Shown here in pieces: positions 9,138 through 18,713 of a stretch of DNA of 42,579 nucleotides. The notes beneath the pieces are model-generated. The model searched no databases, was not told the origin of the DNA, and saw only the letters and a list, made by a program, of their open reading frames with translations. This stretch comes from Verrucomicrobiota bacterium (lineage in GTDB: Bacteria; Verrucomicrobiota; Verrucomicrobiia; Limisphaerales; JADLHS01). Within the stretch, counting starts at the first letter, position 1. Each line of letters opens with the position of its first letter. The stretch is from contig JANPGI010000034.1 of assembly GCA_031423875.1 (NCBI GenBank), positions 1 to 42,579 of the forward strand. Direction: 5' to 3'. The position numbers and the translations under genes are program-made.

Positions 9138-10508
9138 ATGCACGCCGCAGATTCAAACGCTCCACAGTTAAATGAAACCGTCAGCAAGCTGACTTTGCTG
9201 GACGCCTTGCGCGAACGGCGCTCGCGGCGCTTTGGGCTGGGCATGAAAATTCCCGCTGGCCCGCTGGCGTTTGAGAGTCGGCACAAACCCAAGCCACTGA
9301 CGGAAGCGGAAGAAGCGGCGTTAGTCTTTGCGGCTTGCGGCATCACCGGTCATGCGTTGGCGGATTTGAATTACGCCAAAGACGGCGGCGGCAGCATCAT
9401 GGCGGGATTGGTGGCGCGCACGATTGCGAGCGGCGATGGGTTGCAAACGGTTTCCCTCATAGTCACGAATGACGAAGCGACGTATCTCATCCGTAAACCG
9501 CGTGAACTGCCGGCTAACGAAATCTCGAAGCTGATTGAACTCGGCCAGCGCGGGGAATTCACCGAGTTGTATCGGCGGTGTCGCGTGAAGATCAAAGACG
9601 GTCGCACCACCACGCCCGCCGAACCGTTGTTCAACATCAACGCGAATCGCTGGGCGTCACACGCGCCGGGCACGAGTTATTTCCTGCCGGTGAACGATCT
9701 GACGTTCATGTATATCAACGGGCTGCTGGAGATCCTCAACGAGTACACCGGCGCGTTCATCCTCGACGAGCGGAACAATTTTCTCCCGGCGGGCTTGGCG
9801 AAGTTCGGAAAAAATCACGGTGGGCATCTGGAGTGTGATCCGCACAAGGGTCGCATCGCCACGGTGCGGCAGGTTGAGCAGTTCGTGACGGAGTTTGTGA
9901 CCGCCGAGCAAGGAATGATGTTGCAGAATCTCGGTTTGATGGCGGAGGCGTTGGGAGTGGGCGGTTATCCAAACTTTGCCAATCATGAGTTCGCTTGGTT
10001 TCAGGCGCTGGGCTTTCGCATGGAGGAGATGCCAGCGAACCGCTACGTCGGCGCAGGCTGGCTGGCGTCGCTCGCGATGAAATTCCTCAAGCGCAATCCG
10101 AGCATTCCCTATCCAGTCGGGCTGGAGCGGAATGGCGAAGTGTTGCTGAAACCATTTTGCCCACCGCACTATTCATCCATGACTGAAGCCGTTCGCGCGG
10201 TGGTGGACGCCAAGTTTGGCGCGCAAGGATTGTTCCGCAGCGCAGGCGCGGGCAGCGCGTGGAAAGATCACAACGGCGTGGTGCAAACCGTCACGCCGGT
10301 GAGCGAGGCAACGATTGCGGCGGTCACAGCGTATTGCGAATATCTATGGGCGCGCTACGGGCGATTCCCCGTTTACATGCCGCCGTATCGGACAGTGCTG
10401 GGTTTTCAGGCCGCGCACTTGGACGCGGAGTTTTACGATAAGTTTTATCGCCATGAGGCTTTGAGTACAGCGCAACGGAAAGATTTCTCGCAACAGACCG
10501 GCGGTTGA
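9138..10508 (+). CDS. Nitroreductase / SagB-like fold protein (456 aa, with large insertions). Function unknown.
   Basis: N-terminal LLDALRERRSRRF and LTEAEEAALVFAACGITG resemble the nitroreductase/SagB start. Later, MMLQNLGLMAEALGVGGY resembles the conserved NxxLxAxxLGLG segment. Confidence 0.5.
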   Translation: MHAADSNAPQLNETVSKLTLLDALRERRSRRFGLGMKIPAGPLAFESRHKPKPLTEAEEAALVFAACGITGHALADLNYAKDGGGSIMAGLVARTIASGDGLQTVSLIVTNDEATYLIRKPRELPANEISKLIELGQRGEFTELYRRCRVKIKDGRTTTPAEPLFNINANRWASHAPGTSYFLPVNDLTFMYINGLLEILNEYTGAFILDERNNFLPAGLAKFGKNHGGHLECDPHKGRIATVRQVEQFVTEFVTAEQGMMLQNLGLMAEALGVGGYPNFANHEFAWFQALGFRMEEMPANRYVGAGWLASLAMKFLKRNPSIPYPVGLERNGEVLLKPFCPPHYSSMTEAVRAVVDAKFGAQGLFRSAGAGSAWKDHNGVVQTVTPVSEATIAAVTAYCEYLWARYGRFPVYMPPYRTVLGFQAAHLDAEFYDKFYRHEALSTAQRKDFSQQTGG

Positions 10509-10758
10509 CCCGGCGGTCGCGGTCTTTCCAGCAGGTTTCCCTTTGTCGGCTTCAATTTCCCCCGTCCGGTAGCGTTCTGATGCCGGGCGGAATTTTTTTG
10601 ATTTCGTGCATCCGCAGCAGTTTGAGCGGCGTATCAGTTATCGTGGTGAACAATAATTATTGCGAGGCCGAGGCGGCGCTCGCCACCACCAAGTGCGAGA
10701 ATTGCCCGGAAAACAAACCGGGCATGACCATCAGTATAATCAAACCCTCATAAATGCT

Positions 10759-11631
10759 ATGAAACGTCTCACAAAATCCCTTCTGCTCGGCACCGCTTGT
10801 TGCCTGCTGGGTGCGGCCAATTCCAAAGCCGCCACGCTCCTCGGTCTATTCGACAGCCTCGAAGGTCAGGGGCTGTATGTGTTTGACACCGCCAATTCCT
10901 GGTATGGCAGTTCGTTTTACCTGTCCGGCATCGGTGCGGGTGAAAAACTCATTGCGATTGACGCGCGTCCGGCCACCGGACAGGTCTATGCGCTGAGTTC
11001 CGGCAGTTCCATTTACACGATCAACCTCGGCACGGGTGTCGCCTCGAAGGTTGGAACAGGTTTCACCACGCTGTTGACCGGGACGCACTATGGTTTTGAT
11101 TTCAATCCGACGATTGATCGCATCCGCATCGTCGGCAATAACGGGCAGAATATTGTGGCGAATCCCACCAACGGAAATGCGAACGTAGCCACGACTGTGC
11201 CGGTGTTCTACGGCGCGGGTGATCCCAACAACGGTGCGACGCCCAACGTGGTGCATCACGCTTACGACAACAACTTCAGCGGCGCGCTGACGAGCCAATT
11301 GCGCGCGATTGATGTGGATCTCAACATCCTGGTGACGCAGGCGAACAATGCTGGAACGCTCGGCACGGTCGGTCCGCTGGGCTTCGATGCTAAGCGCAAC
11401 GGCGGGTTTGACGTGGATGCGGCAGGCGTGGCTTGGTACGCCAATGCGGATGGACTGACCAGTTCATCGCTCTACACGATCAACCTCGCCACCGGCGCAG
11501 GAACGCTCGTAGGCCAGTTGCCTTGCAACATTGAGGGCCTCACGGCGATCAATCCGGCGTTGGTGCCTGAACCCAGTTCGCTCGCTTTGATCGGCTTGGG
11601 TGGATTGGCGTTGTTGCGTCGCCGTTGCTGA
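10759..11631 (+). CDS. DUF4394 domain protein with a PEP-CTERM sorting signal.
   Basis: Signal peptide MKRLTKSLLLGTACCLLGAANSKA. DUF4394-like GEKLIAIDARPATGQVYAL, IYTINLGTG, YGFDFNPTIDRIRIVGNNGQNI. The C terminus VPEPSSLALIGLGGLALLRRRC is a canonical PEP-CTERM (PEP motif, TM helix, Arg cluster). ATG at 10759 is chosen over the track start at 10660. Confidence 0.85.
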   Translation: MKRLTKSLLLGTACCLLGAANSKAATLLGLFDSLEGQGLYVFDTANSWYGSSFYLSGIGAGEKLIAIDARPATGQVYALSSGSSIYTINLGTGVASKVGTGFTTLLTGTHYGFDFNPTIDRIRIVGNNGQNIVANPTNGNANVATTVPVFYGAGDPNNGATPNVVHHAYDNNFSGALTSQLRAIDVDLNILVTQANNAGTLGTVGPLGFDAKRNGGFDVDAAGVAWYANADGLTSSSLYTINLATGAGTLVGQLPCNIEGLTAINPALVPEPSSLALIGLGGLALLRRRC

Positions 11632-11685
11632 GAACACCATAAGATTAACGCGGTGAGAAGCGCCCCTCTCACCGCGTGTTCAAAT

Positions 11686-11720
11686 AAAAAGGCAGGCTGG
11701 AAACAGCCTGCCTTTTGCTT
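11686..11720. terminator. Bidirectional rho-independent terminator between convergent genes.
   Basis: The sequence is AAAAAGGCAGGCTG gaaa CAGCCTGCCTTTT, flanked by an A-run and a T-run. A second 10-bp-stem hairpin (CGCGGTGAGA / TCTCACCGCG) lies just upstream at 11649-11676. Confidence 0.7.
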
Positions 11721-11735
11721 TGGAAACGAAGGAAA

Positions 11736-12347
11736 TTATGCCATCGCGAATGCGACAAGTGGATCATCCGTCGTGAGCACAGCGAGCAAGGTGCACCCTG
11801 CGACGGAGTAATTTTCCTCGTGTTGCGAGCCACCGTCGGCGTGATGGAAATCTCCCGCGCCAAGGCGACGGTTGCCAATATGAAGGTCGCCAGTGAGGAT
11901 GTAAAAATCTTCTGGACCTGCGTTGATGTGGGCGGGATAACGTGCGCCAGCTTCGAGCTTGCCCATCAGCACGGCGTAGCCGCGATCTTTGTCGAGCGAC
12001 AAGAGTTTGATGTAGGTGCCGGGAATGGGCAGCGGCTTCCAATCTTTCGCGCCGGGAGCATCAATGAAACTCAGGCCGGGAATCAACGGCGGCAAAGTTT
12101 TCTTCGCGGCTGGCTTGTCTGCCTCCACGGATTCGATGCGCTGCAAAACTTTATCGCGCAAGCCCGGCGGCAACGGCTGTGCGGGCGAACTCAAAGCAAC
12201 CAGGTCTGCCGTGCGCTGCAACTGAAGCACGAACTGGCGCAACTCCTCGTTGCCGCGCAGCTCGCGCTCGAACGCGGTTTGTTCCGCGTCACGCAGCGCG
12301 CCCAACGCGTAGAGACTGGCTTGTTCTTGTTGTTGCTCAGTGATCAT
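11736..12347 (-). CDS. Cytoplasmic anti-sigma factor with a ChrR-like cupin C-terminal domain.
   Basis: The N terminus ASLYALGALRDAEQTAFERELRGNEELRQFV is a typical anti-sigma helix region. The C-terminal cupin-like stretch is GARYPAHINAGPEDFYILTGDLHIG. There is no TM segment. The start overlaps the sigma-factor stop by 4 nt. Confidence 0.75.
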   Translation of the reverse strand: MITEQQQEQASLYALGALRDAEQTAFERELRGNEELRQFVLQLQRTADLVALSSPAQPLPPGLRDKVLQRIESVEADKPAAKKTLPPLIPGLSFIDAPGAKDWKPLPIPGTYIKLLSLDKDRGYAVLMGKLEAGARYPAHINAGPEDFYILTGDLHIGNRRLGAGDFHHADGGSQHEENYSVAGCTLLAVLTTDDPLVAFAMA

Positions 12348-12907
12348 AGGTAGCCCTGCAAACTTTCGCGGAGCTTCATCATGCCCCGCCGGATGCGGGC
12401 TTTGACCGTGCCCAAAGGTTCACCCAACGCGGCGGCGATTTCAAAGTGGGTCAGGCCGCCAAAAAATGCCATCTCGATGACCCGGCGCTGGTCGGCAGGC
12501 AGGCTGCCCACGGTGGAACGGATTTGAACTACGGCTTCCTCACCCAATTCCACAGCGGCGGGACCTTTCGTGGTGATCTCAAAATTCTCATGGAACTGTT
12601 CGGCGAGCTTGGTGCGGCGTTGGCGCGCGCGCAGCCGGTCAATGGAGCGGTTGCGCGCGATGCGCATGGCCCAGTGGAACGGCGACCCCAGCGCGGCATC
12701 GAATGTCGCGGCCTTTTCCCAGATTTGTAAGAATACGTCTTGCACAACTTCCTCCGCTTCGTGGGCATCCCCGAGGATGCGCGTAGCGATTGAAAACAAT
12801 GGTCCGGCTATCTGATCATAGAATTCGGCCAACGCTTGCCGGTCGTTGGCGGCAATGCGTCGGAGCAATTGGACTTGAGATTCCTCAGCCGAGTTGGGGT
12901 CAAGCAT
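12344..12907 (-). CDS. ECF-type RNA polymerase sigma-70 family factor.
   Basis: Region 2 is AHEAEEVVQDVFLQIWEKA ... FHWAMRIARNRSIDRLR. Region 4 is LPADQRRVIEMAFFGGLTHFEIAAALGEPLGTVKARIRRG. Confidence 0.9.
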   Translation of the reverse strand: MLDPNSAEESQVQLLRRIAANDRQALAEFYDQIAGPLFSIATRILGDAHEAEEVVQDVFLQIWEKAATFDAALGSPFHWAMRIARNRSIDRLRARQRRTKLAEQFHENFEITTKGPAAVELGEEAVVQIRSTVGSLPADQRRVIEMAFFGGLTHFEIAAALGEPLGTVKARIRRGMMKLRESLQGYL

Positions 12908-13122
12908 ACGTTGCCAACAACCACGTCGGGAATTGCCCCGGCGCGAACTGGCACGGCGCAGACTGCCTCTGAATCAGCTTCTTCACCAGCGACAAATTCC
13001 ACTTTGATGATTTTCATATCCATACATGACTACGCGGCTGCACCCCGGATGGATGCACTTGGGGCGCGGTTTAACCGGAATTGATGGCGGAACGGCGGCG
13101 GGAAGTTACGGCCTGTTGCGGG

Positions 13123-14490
13123 TCAGAAATTCATTCCAAACGTCACCGCAACGATGTGAACGCTGACTTCGGTGCGGCTGTTCGAGTATTCGCCCGCTTG
13201 CAGCGCGCTTGTACCGACGCTTTGGGATGAGGGCAGGCTGTATTGATAGGCGACGTCCACGAAGTAGCGGTCGTTCTTCCAACCCACGCCGCCGCCAAGT
13301 TTGTGTTCCATGATGGCAGCGGTCAGCGGGGTGAGAGTGCTATCGGGCACGGGGCTGTTTCCATAAGTGTAACCAGCACGCAATGCGACAGTATCGGTTG
13401 CTTGAAATTCCAGACCAGCGCGGTAAACGAATTGATCTTCCCACTTGAGCGGCACGATGTCGTAGATGTTGGCAGTGCCGAGAACGCCATTGATGTCGTT
13501 GTTGCTGCCGTTATTCAGGCGGATCTCAAGTTCGTCGAACGAATCTGCCCAATTGATCCAATCCACTTGGAGCAACGTGCGAACGCGATCTGTGACTTGC
13601 CAAGAAAAGCCGAGAGAGGCCATTTGTGGAAATACGTTGTCCACTTCTGCGTCGTAGTGAAAATCCGGCTGTGCGCCGCCGAGTCCCATGTTGGCGAGTT
13701 GAACCCCGGCATTGCCGTCTGCATCACCCTTGCTGTTGACGCGAGTGGATGTTTGATAACTTAATCCGAGGCTGATTTTTTCACATGGACGATAGACGAG
13801 ACCAAGCAATCCGTTCACACCGAAACCATCCGTTTTGAGATCGAGCAAAGTTTTGAATCCTTGTAATCCGGGATAGTTCTGGAAGACGTAAGGCGCATGC
13901 AGTTGATTTTGATTATAGACCAGGCCCACTCCGGCACCGAAGGAAAGGGATTCGGTGATTTCAATACTTGCGGCAAATGCCGTCCGCAACGCGATGATCT
14001 CCGAACGATGTTCCTGAAATCCATAACTCGTCGTGCCGCCGATGCCGCCGGGCGCGTCCACATAATTCCATTCGCCGCCCAGTGCCGCGTCGGGAACAAA
14101 AGCGAAACCCAATGTCACGGGAGTTGAGCCAAGCGGAAAAGCGATTGCCGCCTCGGGCCACACGCCGAAACCGTTATCAATGTCCGCATCCGTGTTGGCG
14201 ACGTTGGAAAATTTTCCGTTTGCCATCGCGCCGCCAAGGCCGAACTGCAACTGCGGATTTTTCACCGTGCTCAATCCAGCAGGGTTCGCCTGCATCGCTT
14301 CAAGTGCGGTATCTGGTTGTCCAACAGATGCGCCACCTAACGCCAGCGCCCGCGCGCCCGCGCCATCGCGATAGATTCCGCCGCCGTGACAAAAACTGGC
14401 GGTCATCAGGATCAAATAGGTGAGCAGGGTGATGAATCTGGAATTCCGAACCAATGAGAGGCGGTCAGTTGTGGCAGGCAACATAGACAT
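13123..14490 (-). CDS. Outer-membrane transport protein of the FadL/OmpP1/Toluene_X family.
   Basis: After the signal peptide comes GGGIYRDGAGARALALGGASV, a typical family start. Alternating beta-strand patterns run throughout. The C terminus is VAVTFGMNF, ending in Phe. ATG at 14490 is chosen; the track start at 14604 adds a non-signal extension. Confidence 0.8.
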   Translation of the reverse strand: MSMLPATTDRLSLVRNSRFITLLTYLILMTASFCHGGGIYRDGAGARALALGGASVGQPDTALEAMQANPAGLSTVKNPQLQFGLGGAMANGKFSNVANTDADIDNGFGVWPEAAIAFPLGSTPVTLGFAFVPDAALGGEWNYVDAPGGIGGTTSYGFQEHRSEIIALRTAFAASIEITESLSFGAGVGLVYNQNQLHAPYVFQNYPGLQGFKTLLDLKTDGFGVNGLLGLVYRPCEKISLGLSYQTSTRVNSKGDADGNAGVQLANMGLGGAQPDFHYDAEVDNVFPQMASLGFSWQVTDRVRTLLQVDWINWADSFDELEIRLNNGSNNDINGVLGTANIYDIVPLKWEDQFVYRAGLEFQATDTVALRAGYTYGNSPVPDSTLTPLTAAIMEHKLGGGVGWKNDRYFVDVAYQYSLPSSQSVGTSALQAGEYSNSRTEVSVHIVAVTFGMNF

Positions 14491-14507
14491 ATTGATGATG
14501 AACTTTG

Positions 14508-16274
14508 ATGGCAAATCTTTCGCCGTGCGGTCTTGATCGGGTTGAGACGGAACAGCGATTGCTAAATCATCGGCAGAATCGTGAAACCATTGAACGATTA
14601 CCACAACAATCCGGTTCGACCGGGCCGATTCATGAATGCTGGCTAAATCCGGGACAGGCGTGTCTGTCCCCGGCTCAGGTTGCCAGCCATCGTGCCGATA
14701 AATTGATAACTGTGTCTGCCGCTGACGAAAATAAAATTGTTCCGCCGAATCCGGCTGCTGCGCCTGCTCCGGTCGATAGTGATTTCTTTCTCCGGCCTAG
14801 TGTAGCGAATGCCGAACAGGGTGCTGCTTGGCACAAAAGAATCGTCATCGGTCTGGATCAATTGTGGCGGGCTGCGCTACGACAGATCGCCAATACTGCG
14901 GAACGGTTTCTCCCTGTCGCCTGTCAGAACGACACTGAATTGACCCGCCGCGCCCGGCTGGTGGCGCGGTTTGGAATTCTGGGTGTGGTCTTTGGCGCGG
15001 TTTTCGCGTTGTTCTACGGTTTGATCGGACATTTCTGGGGGGCAGGAATCGTGGCGGTTTGCAGTTCCGCGTTTGCATTCATTCCGTGGCTGATGCGGCG
15101 CACCCAATCCATTCAACTCGCGGGTCATGCGCTGTGCGGGATTCTGATCGTGGGCTTCACCGCATTGTGCGGATGTGAAGGCGGCTCGGAAGGTCACGCC
15201 ATCGCGTGGCTGGTCAGCGTGCCGTTGTGCGCGTTGTTGTTGGTTGGCCGCAAAGCCGCCGGGTCGTGGGCTTTCATGTCATTTACGGCGGGTGCGGGTG
15301 TGGTGGCGGCGAATTTCGCAGGTTACAAGATGCACCCGACCTACGACATGGCCTGGCATCCGGTGATGAATGCTGCCGGTTACCTTGCGTTGATTGTGTT
15401 CATGTTTTTGTTAGGAGTGATCTTTGAGAGCGGACGAGAACGTGCCTTCGCCAAGATGAGCGAAGCCAACGCCAAACTTGCGACTTCCAATGACAAGCTC
15501 GCGCACCTGAATCAGGAGAAGAACGAATTCCTCGGCATCGCGGCGCACGATCTCAAAAATCCACTCACGGTCATCATCGGCTCCGCAGAATTGTTGAAGA
15601 TGAATCTTCCGCCCGCGCAATCGGCCAAATTGGCGAGTAACATTTTCGGTGCTGGGCAACGGATGTTGCAACTCATCAAAGATCTGTTGGATGCCAATGC
15701 GATCGAGCAAGGCAAGTTCACATCGAACATCATACCGTGCGATCTGCGGGCACTGGCAGCGGAATGCGCCGCGAATAATCAGATACACGCTTCTCGCAAG
15801 GAGATCGCTATCTGTACCGAGGAGGGTGAAATCTTCTGGGGTCGCGCTGACCGAAATGCTGCGATGCAGATTCTCGACAACTTGATCTCCAATGCGGTGA
15901 AATTTTCGCCACACAAATCCACAGTCTCGGTGAGTGTATCGGTTGAAAACGGTTTTGTCGGCATACACGTCAAAGACCAAGGTCCAGGTCTGAGTGCGGA
16001 GGATCAAAAGAAATTGTTCGGCAAATTCACCCGCCTCACCGCACAACCGACCGGTGGCGAATCCTCCACCGGACTCGGCCTTTCCATCGTGAAGAAATTA
16101 GCCGAGGCGATGTCGGGCACGGTTTTATGCAGCAGTATTCCAGGCGAAGGAGCGACCTTCACGCTGCGATTGCCTGTTTGTAAAAATCCTGCCCAAGATC
16201 GTGATTCTGCGGATTGCTCCGCTAACTTTGCACGTGGGTCGGTAAAAAAAACTGAGAGTAGGGTGTCGGTTTGA
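14508..16274 (+). CDS. Membrane sensor histidine kinase (multi-TM N-terminal sensor, HisKA, HATPase_c). No response regulator is adjacent.
   Basis: H-box FLGIAAHDLKNPL, N-box ILDNLISNAVKFS, G1 VKDQGPGL, G2 GGESSTGLGLSIV. About 6 hydrophobic helices precede the kinase core. The start is uncertain: ATG at 14508 is only 17 nt from the divergent porin start, and in-frame TTG 14703 and GTG 14712 are alternatives. Confidence 0.85.
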   Translation: MANLSPCGLDRVETEQRLLNHRQNRETIERLPQQSGSTGPIHECWLNPGQACLSPAQVASHRADKLITVSAADENKIVPPNPAAAPAPVDSDFFLRPSVANAEQGAAWHKRIVIGLDQLWRAALRQIANTAERFLPVACQNDTELTRRARLVARFGILGVVFGAVFALFYGLIGHFWGAGIVAVCSSAFAFIPWLMRRTQSIQLAGHALCGILIVGFTALCGCEGGSEGHAIAWLVSVPLCALLLVGRKAAGSWAFMSFTAGAGVVAANFAGYKMHPTYDMAWHPVMNAAGYLALIVFMFLLGVIFESGRERAFAKMSEANAKLATSNDKLAHLNQEKNEFLGIAAHDLKNPLTVIIGSAELLKMNLPPAQSAKLASNIFGAGQRMLQLIKDLLDANAIEQGKFTSNIIPCDLRALAAECAANNQIHASRKEIAICTEEGEIFWGRADRNAAMQILDNLISNAVKFSPHKSTVSVSVSVENGFVGIHVKDQGPGLSAEDQKKLFGKFTRLTAQPTGGESSTGLGLSIVKKLAEAMSGTVLCSSIPGEGATFTLRLPVCKNPAQDRDSADCSANFARGSVKKTESRVSV

Positions 16275-16340
16275 TTCCAGACGGATTGTGAACAACGCGC
16301 GATTGCTTGCGCTGGCGGTTTTGTTTACTTTGCGCGGGTG

Positions 16341-17108
16341 ATGTTGTGGCAAAAAACTTTTCGCACTCTGCTGGCTTTGGTTTGCGGGCTGGCGTTGTGC
16401 GGTTGCAATCCGCCGGGGCAGAGCGCGGCGGATGAAGAGAAAGAGCCTCAATTCCTGATCGGGCGCAGCCGAGTGAATGCGATGAACTTTGCAGGGGCGA
16501 TTGATGCATTTGAGCAGGCATTGGAGAAAAATCCGCAGTCAGGCGCGGCACATTTTGAACTGGGCTGGTTGTATGCAGAGAAGGAATCCGACGCTGCAGC
16601 GGCCATTTATCATTACCAGAAATATCTCAAGCTGCGTCCGTCCGCCGCCAACAGCGAGACGATCAAGGAACACATCTTCCGATTGAAACAGGAACTGGCG
16701 AAGGGAGTTCTCCCCGTACCCGCATCCAATGAGATGCAAAAACAATTGGAACAATTGGTGGACGACAACCGGAAGCTGAATGAGGAGTTGGATCACTTGA
16801 AAAGCTCGGCGGCAATCCATTCATCAGCGTCGAGTCGCCCACTTGTTAGCACCCAGCCGCTCCGTCCCAATCCACCTGCTCAAACTGCGCAGTCACGCAT
16901 CGTTCCCTCGACTCCACCGCAGGACGCCTCGCGGCAGCCCGCACCCAATGTCGCCGCCCGACGTCAGCACCGCGTTCAGGCTGGCGACACACCTTCGTCC
17001 ATCGCGCGACGATACAATGTGAAGTTGGAATCGTTGCTTACGGCGAATCCGGCGTTGAATCCGCGCCGATTACAAGTGGGGCAAAACCTCGCGATACCCG
17101 GGCGCTAA
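16341..17108 (+). CDS. Lipoprotein with TPR repeats, a coiled coil, a Pro-rich linker and a C-terminal LysM domain.
   Basis: Lipobox LVCGLALCGC. TPR-like FAGAIDAFEQALEKNPQSGAAHFELGWLYAEK. LysM HRVQAGDTPSSIARRYNVKLESLLTANPALNPRRLQVGQNLAIPG. Confidence 0.8.
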   Translation: MLWQKTFRTLLALVCGLALCGCNPPGQSAADEEKEPQFLIGRSRVNAMNFAGAIDAFEQALEKNPQSGAAHFELGWLYAEKESDAAAAIYHYQKYLKLRPSAANSETIKEHIFRLKQELAKGVLPVPASNEMQKQLEQLVDDNRKLNEELDHLKSSAAIHSSASSRPLVSTQPLRPNPPAQTAQSRIVPSTPPQDASRQPAPNVAARRQHRVQAGDTPSSIARRYNVKLESLLTANPALNPRRLQVGQNLAIPGR

Positions 17109-17311
17109 TTTTTATCGGCGGCAGGTTGAACAAACCCGCTGAGTGGCTGTCTTAGAACAAACCAAAAGCGTTGGCGGTTCAATGAACAAACTGCCGGAGT
17201 TGAGCGACATGGCGCGGAGAAATAGGGAACATTTGTTTGACAGAAATTGCGAAGTTACTTAATCCTTTCACTGAACGTCGTCTCCGGGTTGTATCAACCG
17301 AACCAATATCT

Positions 17312-18652
17312 ATGAAAAAACTAGTTGTCTCCGTCGGGATAATCGCTTTGGGAAGCAGTGTTTTGCATGCACTCGAGACTGGCGCGCTCAACGCCCAGCA
17401 ATCCAAAAAGGCTTGGAGTGTATCCGCATCATTGCGCGGTTTCTATGATGACAACTTCAATTCGCAGCCCAACGGATCAAAGCAATCTTCCACTGGTGTG
17501 GAAATCCGCCCGACGGTGGACTTTGGTGTCGCAGGCGACCAAAGCTCATTCAATGTAGGCTATGACTTCACAGCACGTTACTTTGAGAAGGCGGTTAATG
17601 GTTCATCAGATCACTCCGACTTCACTCATCAATTTAATGCCGACGCGACTCATGCTGTGAGTGAGCGCGTGAAGCTTAATGCGAGCGAATCGTTCGTGGT
17701 AGGTCAAGAGCCTGATCTTCAGCGCGGCACGATTGACAACCCGCAGCGCATCTCCGGCGACAACGTGCGCAACTACGCAAGCGTCGGTGCAAACATTCAG
17801 GCAACGTCACTCGTTGGTTTTGGTGTATCGTATAACAACACGCTTGTGGATTATGAAGATGACTTCAGCATCATCAGCCCCAACACCAACCCCACGAACA
17901 TCATCAGCCAATCGGCGCTCTTGGATCGTATTGAGCATAGCGTAAATCTTGATTCTCGTTGGACAATCAGCCCTCAGACGGTCGGAATTCTCGGTGTCAG
18001 CTTCTCGCGGACAGAGTTCACGCGCGAAAACGAGTTTATTGATTCGCGGTACGTTGGCACCAACACCGTTCCCTTTGCTACGAATCTTGTTCAAACTACG
18101 AGTTCTTCTCGTGACAGTCGTAGTTTTGTGCTTAAAGGCGGCTTCGAACACGAGTTTAGCAGCCAGCTTTCAGGCTTGTTCCTGATCGGTGGTCAGCGGA
18201 CAGAATATCCCAATAAGGCGAACAGTGAGGCCAAGTGGACGCCATGGGTTCAAACCAGCCTTGATTATCAATATCAGGAACGGACCAAATTGAGTGTCGG
18301 GTTTTCCCATCAGCGTGGCGCGACAGATGTGGTTGCCGCACAGGCGAACGCCACGACGGTTGATTTTGTTTTGGACTCAAAGGTGTCATCGTTCTACGCC
18401 ACCTTGTCGCATGAGATCACGGCGCACCTGACGGGCAGTGCCAGTGCGCGCTATCAAAGTTCCACTTACAACGGCGGCAGTGTTAATGGACAAAAGGAAA
18501 ACTTTCTCCTCCTCGGCTTGGGGCTGGCTTATGAATTTAATCCAAACTTTGAGGGCAACATTGGATACAACTTCGATGATTTGAGCAGCGACGCAGCAGG
18601 CAGAAATTATACCCGCAACAAGTTTTACGTCGGTGTGACAGCGAAATACTAA
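17312..18652 (+). CDS. Outer-membrane beta-barrel protein of a polysaccharide-export locus (PEP-CTERM-locus type).
   Basis: Signal peptide MKKLVVSVGIIALGSSVLHA. Alternating hydrophobic and polar strands. The C terminus NKFYVGVTAKY has a terminal aromatic residue. It sits immediately upstream of the Wzc/Wza genes. Confidence 0.65.
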   Translation: MKKLVVSVGIIALGSSVLHALETGALNAQQSKKAWSVSASLRGFYDDNFNSQPNGSKQSSTGVEIRPTVDFGVAGDQSSFNVGYDFTARYFEKAVNGSSDHSDFTHQFNADATHAVSERVKLNASESFVVGQEPDLQRGTIDNPQRISGDNVRNYASVGANIQATSLVGFGVSYNNTLVDYEDDFSIISPNTNPTNIISQSALLDRIEHSVNLDSRWTISPQTVGILGVSFSRTEFTRENEFIDSRYVGTNTVPFATNLVQTTSSSRDSRSFVLKGGFEHEFSSQLSGLFLIGGQRTEYPNKANSEAKWTPWVQTSLDYQYQERTKLSVGFSHQRGATDVVAAQANATTVDFVLDSKVSSFYATLSHEITAHLTGSASARYQSSTYNGGSVNGQKENFLLLGLGLAYEFNPNFEGNIGYNFDDLSSDAAGRNYTRNKFYVGVTAKY

Positions 18653-18673
18653 GCATCGTATGCTTTTTCAGTC

Positions 18674-18708
18674 AGGGGCCGGGTTGTATCACTGGCCCCT
18701 ATTTTTTT
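18674..18708 (+). terminator. Putative rho-independent terminator or attenuator between the barrel gene and the Wzc-like gene.
   Basis: AGGGGCC (18674-18680) pairs with GGCCCCT (18694-18700) and is followed by ATTTTTTT. Confidence 0.5.
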
Positions 18709-18713
18709 GAACT

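Noticed and set aside
12908-13122. An autoregulatory ECF promoter upstream of the sigma gene, and a shared GGAATTT motif with the DUF4394 upstream region (about 10590).
   Set aside because: Only the 7-nt GGAATTT is shared. The downstream spacing and the -10-like sequence do not match between the two sites. Without the cognate consensus I cannot support a call.
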